This document shows, one piece after another, positions 17,484 through 25,117 of a DNA stretch of 33,225 bases. Location: assembly GCA_030603485.1 (NCBI GenBank), contig JAUVXS010000002.1, positions 1-33,225 of the forward strand, read 5' to 3'. Positions within the stretch are counted from its first letter, which is position 1. Every line of letters begins with the position of its first letter. Source of the DNA: Dehalococcoidia bacterium. Its GTDB lineage: Bacteria > Chloroflexota > Dehalococcoidia > GIF9 > AB-539-J10. A program made the translations under genes and the position numbers. The notes under the pieces were generated by a model. The model saw only the letters and a program-made list of their open reading frames with translations. It made no database searches and had not been told where the DNA came from.

Positions 17484-17556
17484 CCTAACATACAAAGTCA
17501 ACCTATCACTACACGGGAAGAGACCACCTAGTGATAGGGTTGCTCAAGCTCTAAAC

Positions 17557-17577
17557 GGTAAGCAGATGGTAAGCAAT
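17557..17577 (+). promoter_or_regulatory. Paired GGTAAGCA motif next to attR (candidate arm-type site)
   Basis: See 12518-12538. Confidence 0.35.
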
Positions 17578-17592
17578 ATTGAAGCTAATAAG

Positions 17593-17649
17593 GGACTTAA
17601 AATCCGCTTCCTGCAAGGGAGTGTGGGTTCGAGTCCCTCCCTCGGCAGT
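17593..17649 (+). repeat. attR: 57-bp copy of the tRNA-Leu 3' part (anticodon stem to 2 nt past the discriminator)
   Basis: Identical base for base to 12452-12508. Confidence 0.92.
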
Positions 17650-17716
17650 GAACTAATCACATGGCCATCCGAAATGTTACCCGTGTTTATCACTTAAAGA
17701 CAGTACTTTTATCTCA

Positions 17717-17745
17717 TTGACTTCTGCGATATTGCGAATTATACT
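17717..17745 (+). promoter_or_regulatory. Sigma-70-like promoter for the 463-aa gene
   Basis: TTGACT, a 17-nt spacer, then TATACT. GGAGG SD at about 17762 and ATG at 17774. Confidence 0.45.
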
Positions 17746-17773
17746 CTTTTGATTACGTCAACGGAGGCAAAGC

Positions 17774-19165
17774 ATGGCAGGAGTCGATAAGGCGCTAGAA
17801 GCAACAGAAACCCCACAAGTCATAAGCGGCATGGAGAAAGATGGAATGGTGATGAAATTGGTGGCTGAAATGCTGGAGGGGAAGATTATTGAACTCAGAC
17901 CCCAGCTTGATTTCACTACTGAGCTGGGCTTCACATATCCAGCCGCTGAGCAAACACTAAAGGTCACAAGTAAGGAAGCAGCATTAATTCTGGAATCCCT
18001 GGCTGACAAAGGTATATTAAGGAAGAACTTTTTTGACAGGCTCCTTCGTTGTCCCCGCTGCCAGTCAATAAATATAAGACCAACTATCCACTGCCCTAAA
18101 TGCGGCTCGGGAGATATCGTCCAGGGCAGAGTCCTCGAGCACTTGGCCTGCAAGTATGGGGGCCTTGAAGGTGAATTTCTAGTCAGGGGTAGATATGTAT
18201 GCCCCAGGTGTAAAGTGGAACTGCGGACTCTAGGCGTCGACTACCAGAGCCAGGGAGTGCTGCGCAAGTGTCGTGATTGTGGCGAGATATCCAGTGCGCC
18301 GCTGATAAAATGGCGCTGTCTGAAATGTTCCACGCTTACCGATGTGGGTGGAGTTGGCGAAGTGACTATCTACTCGTACAGCCTTGATGAGGCGAAGAGA
18401 AATTGGCTGGAATTTGAAATTCAGCCTAAAGTGCAGTTCCTTGAATTCTTGAGGCAGCACGGGTATGAAGTAACGCAAAATGCCAGAATGAAGGGAAAGT
18501 CGGGGGCAGAACATTGCATAGATATACTGGCTACCAAGGATGACGGCGTCGTTACCCATAGTATCGCTATCGGGATTGAGATTGCCAGGGATAAGGTAGG
18601 ATTGGACAGGATATTGGACTTTGATGTCAAAGCCTATGATAGCGGCATCCACGATAAGGTAATGATTATCAGCCCCGGGTTGGGCGAAGAGGCGGAGAAA
18701 TTTGCCAGCTACCAGAGAATAAAGGTGCTTGAACCCAAGGACCTGGAGATAGTGCTGACTGGTGGTCCCCAGCCCGGCCGGGAAATAATAAAGGAGCCCT
18801 TTGAATTTAAGTCCAAATCACAGCTTATAGAATACCTGGAGAAACAGGGCTACACGGTAAAGAAAAATGCTAAAGTCGAAGGCCGGTCTGGCGCTGCCCA
18901 TAACATAGACATACTGGCTACCAGGGATGAGGGCATCATTACTCATCGTATTGCTATTGGCATCAAGGTGGGTAAGAAGCCGATGGGGCTGGATAAGGTA
19001 TTTGACTTCGACGACAAGGCTTATGATGCAGGTATTATGGACAAGGTCCTTATTGCCGTTCCTGGACTCACTAGGGAGGCCAGGCAGTTTGCGAAGCGTC
19101 AGGGAATAAGGGTCTTTGAGGCCGGGCAAATGAAGCCATCTGGAGAGGGGAACCCTGAATCCTGA
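17774..19165 (+). CDS. Multi-zinc-ribbon protein with two tandem PD-(D/E)xK (Mrr/NucS/YraN-like) nuclease-fold domains
   Basis: 463 aa. A wHTH-like segment (KEAALILESLADKGIL). Five CxxC pairs between aa 93 and 185. Two repeats of about 100 aa (aa 219-321 and 348-450) are about 54% identical, each with G.SGA.H.IDILA...IAIGI(E/K). Confidence 0.6.
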   Translation: MAGVDKALEATETPQVISGMEKDGMVMKLVAEMLEGKIIELRPQLDFTTELGFTYPAAEQTLKVTSKEAALILESLADKGILRKNFFDRLLRCPRCQSINIRPTIHCPKCGSGDIVQGRVLEHLACKYGGLEGEFLVRGRYVCPRCKVELRTLGVDYQSQGVLRKCRDCGEISSAPLIKWRCLKCSTLTDVGGVGEVTIYSYSLDEAKRNWLEFEIQPKVQFLEFLRQHGYEVTQNARMKGKSGAEHCIDILATKDDGVVTHSIAIGIEIARDKVGLDRILDFDVKAYDSGIHDKVMIISPGLGEEAEKFASYQRIKVLEPKDLEIVLTGGPQPGREIIKEPFEFKSKSQLIEYLEKQGYTVKKNAKVEGRSGAAHNIDILATRDEGIITHRIAIGIKVGKKPMGLDKVFDFDDKAYDAGIMDKVLIAVPGLTREARQFAKRQGIRVFEAGQMKPSGEGNPES

Positions 19166-19214
19166 TTTCTGAATCCTAAACAACAGCAGAGTCCAAAATA
19201 CCAATGACCAAAAT

Positions 19215-19235
19215 GGGCGGGGACAAGCCCCGTCC
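19215..19235. repeat. Second copy of the GGGCGGGGACAAnCCCCGnCC hairpin element
   Basis: gggcggggacaagccccgtcc versus gggcggggacaatccccgccc at 12001-12021. The flanking CAATG.C is also shared. Confidence 0.6.
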
Positions 19236-19396
19236 TGCGGTATTGAATAATGACAAATGACAAGGCTCAAATGTCAAATCAAGCTTAAAATCCAAATAAC
19301 AAAAAGAGCAAACAATGTAGTGGCGGAGGTCATTTCCCTCTTACAAATGCCAGCAATGTTTCAGCACGCGAATGAACTCTATGTCAAACGGAGGAT

Positions 19397-20215
19397 ATGA
19401 TGCAAAAGATTAGTCGGAATGTCTATGCTGAAAATAGCTTTCGAGGGTGCAATCCTGGCTTTGTTGTCACCAGTGAAGGAGTAGTGATGATTGATACCCC
19501 CCAGATGCCAGCAGATGCAATATGGTGGCGGGATGAGATTGCCAAACAAGGTCCGGTTCGCTATTTGATAAACACCGAGCCGCATGGTGACCATTTCGCC
19601 GGTAACTACTTCTTCGAAGGCACGGTAGTAGCTCACCAGGGCACCAGAGAAGCAATCTTAGCTGCCTCCGTGGAGCAGTTCAAGGAGCGTCTTAAGCAGT
19701 CTGACCCTGACAGCCTTCCTCTGGTCAAGAATTACAGCTATCGACCTCCAGCCATTACTTTTTCCGAGCAAATGACCCTCTACGTGGGCAATCACACTTT
19801 CCAGCTTATTAACCTCCCTGGACACACGCCCTATCAGATAGCTGTCTATATTCCTGAGGAGAGGGTAGTATTCACCTCGGACAACGTTTTTTGCAGAGTG
19901 CAGGCCTGGCTTCACGAAGCTCTGCCCCACAAGTGGCTGGATTCCTTGAGGCGGCTTGAGCAACTGGAGGCGGATGTGCTGGTGCCCGGGCACGGTAGTA
20001 TCTGCGACCCGAGCTACATTCGGGAAATGGGCGCGTTTATTCAGGACTGGATAGACGCAGTCAGTGGCGCCATTGGGCAGGGGATGAGCCTGGAAGAAGC
20101 TCAAGAGAAGATCTCATTTCTTGACCGCTACCCTATGGAACCAGGTAGCGAGCCGATGGCTCAGTTCGTACAGTACATGAACGTGGCACGCCTGTATCAA
20201 GTGCTCAAGAAGTAA
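19397..20215 (+). CDS. MBL-fold metallo-hydrolase
   Basis: INTEPHGDHFAGN (variant HxHxDH), NLPGHTP and VPGHG motifs. GGAGG SD. Confidence 0.85.
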   Translation: MMQKISRNVYAENSFRGCNPGFVVTSEGVVMIDTPQMPADAIWWRDEIAKQGPVRYLINTEPHGDHFAGNYFFEGTVVAHQGTREAILAASVEQFKERLKQSDPDSLPLVKNYSYRPPAITFSEQMTLYVGNHTFQLINLPGHTPYQIAVYIPEERVVFTSDNVFCRVQAWLHEALPHKWLDSLRRLEQLEADVLVPGHGSICDPSYIREMGAFIQDWIDAVSGAIGQGMSLEEAQEKISFLDRYPMEPGSEPMAQFVQYMNVARLYQVLKK

Positions 20216-20425
20216 ACAGCGATCTGGTATGCTTGTTCCGAAAAACAGGAGACATTTGCTTTGTCACCATGGTCGCCATGATCGCTGCTGCCTTTTGTGC
20301 AAATGGGGCTAGCCCCTGAAGAAGCCATCCACCGGCAGAAGTCTGAGGAGAGGTGCCAAAATAACAACAGGTGAGGCGAGTATCTTAATTATGGGATTTG
20401 TAGTAATCGAATCACTTGGGTCTTT

Positions 20426-20451
20426 GCCCCGATTTCATCGGGGCTTTCTTT
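20426..20451 (+). terminator. Rho-independent terminator
   Basis: GCCCCGAT-ttc-ATCGGGGC followed by TTTCTTT. Lies about 210 nt downstream of the MBL gene. Confidence 0.5.
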
Positions 20452-20564
20452 GATAACACGGGGATACTTACCAGGCGCCCATACCCCGGAATTTCCCTAT
20501 AAACATTCATAGTGCAACAATTATAGCGTCCTTTCACAACTGATGTGTCACCCCTCTATCTAAA

Positions 20565-21701
20565 CTAACTCAGCCCCAGTTCAATGGCTATCACTTCTCT
20601 GTGCAAGTCAGTGTCGCCGGCAGCAAACTCTGCCGCCTTGACACGGCGGTAATAGAGCCCAATATCATGGTCCATGGTATATCCGATAGCCCCATGAGCA
20701 GCAATGGCTTCAATGCAAATTCGCTGGTAAGCTTCATTGGCTTTAGCCTTGGCTGCGGAAATCTGCCAGGGCGATGGTGAACCGACGCTTATCCCCCACG
20801 CTGCCTGATAAAGCAAATACTGAACTGCCTCTACATCAATCAACATGCCAGCCAGTTTGTGCTGTATCGCTTGAAAAGAGCCGATTGGCCGGTCAAACTG
20901 AATTCGTTCCTTGGCATAGCTACTGGTCATGTCCAAAACAGCCTGACACGCTCCGCATATCTCAGCGCACTTCAGCACAGCAGCCCGTTGTAATATAAAG
21001 TCCACTACGTCCCAGCCGTTGCCTATCTTGCCCAGGATATTGTCTTTTGGCACCGCTACTCTATCAAAGCTGACTTTGAATTGCCTGTCACCGCCTATAG
21101 TCGGGATCGCCTCCATCTTCACATTTGGCTCCCTGGCATCCACTATAAACAGTGTGATTCCATCCTCGGTTCTTTTCCCCTTTCCGGTCCTGCCGGCAAC
21201 CAGGATATAATCAGCCACATGGGCATCGGCAACAAAAAGCTTACATCCATGGAGAACATAATTGGTCTCCTCCGATACAGCACGAAGTTTTACCTCAGAA
21301 GCTTTATATCTGCCTGACGACTCGGCTAAAGCGAAAGTCCAGATAGCCTCGCCTCTAGCTATTTGTGGCAGAAACTTAGTTTTTTGCTCACTGCTTCCAT
21401 ATTCAAATAGAGGCAGAGCACAAAGGGCGATAGTGGAGAAGAAAGGACCGGGCAGGATATTTCTTCCCATCTCCTCCATCAAGACAACCAGGTCCATAAA
21501 GCTGCCAGCCATGCCGCCATATTCTTCTGGAAAGATGAGTCCTATCCACCCCAGTTCTGCCATAGCGCGCCATAATTGCGGGTCATAGCCTTTACCATCT
21601 TTGTCCATCTCCCTGACTTTAGCTTTGGGACATTCCTTTGCCAGAAAATCTCTGGCCAAAATCCGCAGCATCTCTTGCTCTTCTGTTAAACTGAAATCCA
21701 T
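20565..21701 (-). CDS. Acyl-CoA dehydrogenase family protein (possibly a non-catalytic partner subunit)
   Basis: Full-length ACAD fold. Ala replaces the MCAD-type Glu (EFAAGDTDL versus IYEGT). Gln replaces the IVD-type Glu (FILQR). Confidence 0.85.
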   Translation of the reverse strand: MDFSLTEEQEMLRILARDFLAKECPKAKVREMDKDGKGYDPQLWRAMAELGWIGLIFPEEYGGMAGSFMDLVVLMEEMGRNILPGPFFSTIALCALPLFEYGSSEQKTKFLPQIARGEAIWTFALAESSGRYKASEVKLRAVSEETNYVLHGCKLFVADAHVADYILVAGRTGKGKRTEDGITLFIVDAREPNVKMEAIPTIGGDRQFKVSFDRVAVPKDNILGKIGNGWDVVDFILQRAAVLKCAEICGACQAVLDMTSSYAKERIQFDRPIGSFQAIQHKLAGMLIDVEAVQYLLYQAAWGISVGSPSPWQISAAKAKANEAYQRICIEAIAAHGAIGYTMDHDIGLYYRRVKAAEFAAGDTDLHREVIAIELGLS

Positions 21702-21813
21702 AATAACCCTTTAGAAAATCTACCTTTCATTACCCTGAACATCATGGAGAGTTTATATTCTCCGCTCTACTCACAACGGCAGAGAAATGTTATTAAGCAA
21801 ACTCCAAAACTTT

Positions 21814-23016
21814 TCAATATGATTTGGGTAATCCCAGTCCAAATTGCGCAATTATACTCTTTTCGATTTCAGCAGTGCCAGCCGCGATTGCCATACCGGG
21901 AAAACCCAGATACGCACCTTGTATTGTGCCGTTGAGTTTGGACCATTCGGAATCCGGGTCAACCTGAGAATATATGCCTAAAAGCTCCGCCCCGGTAATA
22001 GCCACCCGTCTCATTACCTCGTCACTCATTATCTTGTTCCTTGAGGACTCATAGACAGGAATTTGACCTTGACTTATCCGCCAGGCGATCTGGAAGGCGA
22101 ACATCCTCAGTACTTCCAGGTCAATAGCCAGATCAGATAGCTTGGCACGAATCACAGGATTCTGCGACAGCGGCTTTCCTTCATGCTCGGTTTGAGCAGC
22201 GTACTTAACTAGCTCTTCTAATGCCCTCTTAAAACCACCGTAGGTGATAGGCGCTAAGCTGCGCCGCTCAAAGGCCAGTGCCTGCATAAGGTGGTACCAA
22301 CCTTTGTTTTCCTCCCCAACCAAGTTGGAAGCCGGCACTCTGACATTATCGAAAAACATTTCATTGAAGTGATGCCGCCCGTAATAGTTTAAAATAGGAT
22401 TGACTGTAACACCCGGGCTCTTCATGTCCACAATAAAGATACTGATTCCCTGGTGTTTCTTAGCGGCATTGGGGTCTGTTCTGGCGGCCAGCCAGCACCA
22501 TCTTGCCTGGTGAGCAGCACTTGTCCACACCTTTTGCCCATTTATAATATAGGCATCTCCATCCCTCACCGCCCGCGTCTGAAGATTGGCAAAGTCTGAG
22601 CCAGCATTTGGTTCACTGTAACCCGTGCACCAGACACCATCTTTTTCACCCGAGGCAATTAACGGCAAATATTTTTTTCTTTGCTCTTCGGTACCGAACA
22701 TCATCAGGCAGGGTCCTACCCATTGTGTGCCGCTTATACCCATCCCTGCCCCCGGTATACCCCAGTAGGATATCTCCATTTCGTATACTGTTTGTTCCCA
22801 GAGAGAAGCACCACGTCCGCCATATTCCTCCGGCCAGCTCATAACGAGCCAACCCCTCTGGGCTAGCTTTTTGGATATGGATATTTCGAACTCAAAATCT
22901 CTGCATTCTCCATCAATTGGAGTGCTGCGCCTCCAGTCTGGAGGTAATTCGACTTCGGCAAACCTGCGAATTTCTTCCTTCAGAGCTAGTTCTTTTTCAC
23001 CCAGTCTAAAGTCCAT
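21814..23016 (-). CDS. Acyl-CoA dehydrogenase family protein
   Basis: ACAD fold (YSEPNAGSD, GQKVWTS). The C-terminal IAAGTAEI lacks the MCAD-type Glu, but AFERRSL keeps a Glu at the IVD-type position. Confidence 0.85.
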   Translation of the reverse strand: MDFRLGEKELALKEEIRRFAEVELPPDWRRSTPIDGECRDFEFEISISKKLAQRGWLVMSWPEEYGGRGASLWEQTVYEMEISYWGIPGAGMGISGTQWVGPCLMMFGTEEQRKKYLPLIASGEKDGVWCTGYSEPNAGSDFANLQTRAVRDGDAYIINGQKVWTSAAHQARWCWLAARTDPNAAKKHQGISIFIVDMKSPGVTVNPILNYYGRHHFNEMFFDNVRVPASNLVGEENKGWYHLMQALAFERRSLAPITYGGFKRALEELVKYAAQTEHEGKPLSQNPVIRAKLSDLAIDLEVLRMFAFQIAWRISQGQIPVYESSRNKIMSDEVMRRVAITGAELLGIYSQVDPDSEWSKLNGTIQGAYLGFPGMAIAAGTAEIEKSIIAQFGLGLPKSY

Positions 23017-23120
23017 TCTTACCTTCCTAGATATTGATTGTCCAGGATGTAACGCCTTTGCCCTTCTTATATCGAAAGCGGCCAGTCAAATTGAGCCCGA
23101 TTATAGCACACAGCCAGCCA

Positions 23121-24017
23121 TTACTTTGGTTGGGGTGGGTCCGGATTTACCAATTCCCAGGTCATCGTTATTGGCATGAAGTTGAATAGCTCATCAATTG
23201 TCCATCCGCCAGCTTTAACCAGTTGTTTCTCCATTACCGGCTCTGAATAGAGCCCGATTCGGCCTGTTTGTACATAAAATGCCCGCCCATTGACATTAGC
23301 AGCGTCATCGGAGGCGAGCCATACTACCATAGGAGCAATATCCTCAGGCTTCATCTCTTCAAGCCTGGCTATATCCTCTGTCCGAGCTTTCATCATCTCC
23401 TCACTGAGGGTAAGCCGAGTCCCGGCAGTAGGCCGAATACAATTACACGTTACACCGTACCGGCCCATGTCCCTCGCCACTTTTCTTGTCAATCCAACGA
23501 TTCCCTCTTTCGCTGCACCGTAGTTAGCCTGCCCGTAAGTAGTGGCATATAGACCTGCTATAGATGAGGTATTTATTATTCGTCCATACCTCTGCTGACG
23601 GAAGAAGGGACTCACCGCTCTGATGGTATAGAAATGTCCAAAGAGATGCACTTTGAGCACCAAATCCCAGTCTTCCTCGCTCATGTTGAACACCATTCTA
23701 TCACGCAGAATGCCAGCATTGTTGACCAGTATGTCAACCTTATTAAAGTTGTCCATGGCAGTCTTTACAATGTTCTCGGCACCTTGTAGGGTGGTCACCG
23801 AGTCGTGGTTGGCAACTGCCTGTCCACCGAGTTTCTTAATCTCTGCTACCACCTCGCCCGCTGGTGAAGTTGATGCTCCAGTGCCATCTCTAGCGCCTCC
23901 AAGGTCGTTCACGACGACTTTAGCACCCTCCGATGCTAAAGCCAGAGCTTCTCCTCGTCCAATACCTCGTCCCGCACCGGTAACTATAGCTACCTTGCCT
24001 TGTAGTCTATCGCCCAT
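23121..24017 (-). CDS. SDR oxidoreductase, MFE-2-type (3R)-hydroxyacyl-CoA dehydrogenase-like
   Basis: GKVAIVTGAGRGIGRGEALALASEGAKVVVNDLGG ... VNNAGILRD ... YGAAK closely parallels the N-terminal dehydrogenase domain of peroxisomal multifunctional enzyme 2. Confidence 0.8.
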   Translation of the reverse strand: MGDRLQGKVAIVTGAGRGIGRGEALALASEGAKVVVNDLGGARDGTGASTSPAGEVVAEIKKLGGQAVANHDSVTTLQGAENIVKTAMDNFNKVDILVNNAGILRDRMVFNMSEEDWDLVLKVHLFGHFYTIRAVSPFFRQQRYGRIINTSSIAGLYATTYGQANYGAAKEGIVGLTRKVARDMGRYGVTCNCIRPTAGTRLTLSEEMMKARTEDIARLEEMKPEDIAPMVVWLASDDAANVNGRAFYVQTGRIGLYSEPVMEKQLVKAGGWTIDELFNFMPITMTWELVNPDPPQPK

Positions 24018-24113
24018 TTTTACCTCCTTGAATTTTGTTTTTTAAAGACACTGGCTCGATTCAGTATTTCCAGGAAACTAACTCTAAATAACTATCAAAA
24101 CCAATACTCTCGC

Positions 24114-24584
24114 TTATTTCGCGCTCCGTATGGGTAAGGCAACCAGAGCTGAGCCAGGTGTCGTCTTTTCTCCGTTTCCATTCTCCACCCAAATCTCGCA
24201 CTCAACAAGGTGCTCACCGCCCTCATCATATTTCTTGGTCACCTTGCCTTTACACCAACAGGTTTCGCCATCATGCGGCTTTTCCATCGTCTTCATTTTC
24301 CGGGGATAATCCATGCCGCGGTATTGGCAGGACAATTTCTTGAGTTTCCCCTTCTCTCCAATCCAGTCAGTCATCAATTGTCCTAGCCAGGCACGCTTAA
24401 GCGCTCCGTGTACAATGGGGGCACCTACGCCCATAGCTTTAGCGAAATCATCTTCATAATGCAAAGGGTTAAAATCTCCCGATGCTCCCGCCCATTGGAC
24501 TAACATGCGACTTGTAGCAATTTTAGCCAATGGTGTTATCTCACTATCTACTCTAACATCCTCATAATAAACTTGTTTAGCCAT
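24114..24584 (-). CDS. MaoC-family (R)-specific enoyl-CoA hydratase, catalytic hot-dog subunit
   Basis: Hydratase-2 motif ASGDFNPLHYEDDFA ... HGAL. Start moved to ATG 24584 (GGAGGAGAG SD directly upstream) from the TTG at 24611. Confidence 0.85.
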   Translation of the reverse strand: MAKQVYYEDVRVDSEITPLAKIATSRMLVQWAGASGDFNPLHYEDDFAKAMGVGAPIVHGALKRAWLGQLMTDWIGEKGKLKKLSCQYRGMDYPRKMKTMEKPHDGETCWCKGKVTKKYDEGGEHLVECEIWVENGNGEKTTPGSALVALPIRSAK

Positions 24585-24617
24585 CTCTCCTCCAAAAAAT
24601 AAAGTAGCCAAAACAGG

Positions 24618-25091
24618 TTAGAACTGAATCAATGTCGACCGGCTTTTGAGCGCCACATTGCCAGTTTGGTTTACAAAAGTAATCTCCACTGTGGTGAACA
24701 TAGTCTTGCCCAGTCTGGTTTCGCGCTCGGTTATGCTGGAAATTCTAGTTGTGGCAGTTAATACATCGCCAGCGCCAACAGGGTCAATAAATTCGAATTC
24801 AACACCTCCATCGAGAACCCTTGGAGGCGCTCCAGCTTTTGCTAGAGTCTCAAACAGTTTGTCCGTAGGGCGGTCAGCCTTGACTGGCCAACCCGTGAAA
24901 CCTGGAGGAGCCAATAACCGACCATGCCTGGTTTTACTGGCGTAATCCGGGTCATTGTACAGGGGGTTCGGGTCACCTATAGCCTGTGCATATCTCTGGA
25001 TTGCTCCTTCTTCGACCTTGAAGATGATAGGCCCTGAGGACACGCCTATCAACTTCCGCAGTTCATCGGTAATCAAACTACCTTCCGGCAT
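24618..25091 (-). CDS. MaoC_dehydrat_N-type hot-dog protein (non-catalytic hydratase partner)
   Basis: EEGAIQRYAQAIGDPNPLYND motif. 157 aa. Directly upstream of the catalytic MaoC gene. GGAGG SD. Confidence 0.8.
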   Translation of the reverse strand: MPEGSLITDELRKLIGVSSGPIIFKVEEGAIQRYAQAIGDPNPLYNDPDYASKTRHGRLLAPPGFTGWPVKADRPTDKLFETLAKAGAPPRVLDGGVEFEFIDPVGAGDVLTATTRISSITERETRLGKTMFTTVEITFVNQTGNVALKSRSTLIQF

Positions 25092-25117
25092 AGCTAGCCT
25101 CCAAGATTTAATTTCTT

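Larger units (their letters stand above)
12452..17649 (+). mobile_element. Integrative genomic island inserted in the 3' part of tRNA-Leu(TAA)
   Basis: Perfect 57-bp direct repeat at 12452-12508 and 17593-17649. Integrase immediately inside attL. The interior from about 14.0 to 17.3 kb is visibly AT-richer than the flanks. Confidence 0.85.

Noticed and set aside
17392-17697. 101-aa plus-strand ORF with a TTG start
   Set aside because: As a stand-alone gene it is unconvincing. It runs through the attR tRNA fragment, has odd composition and lies opposite a Zn-ribbon micro-ORF. It is retained only as the frame that would fuse to the integrase after excision.
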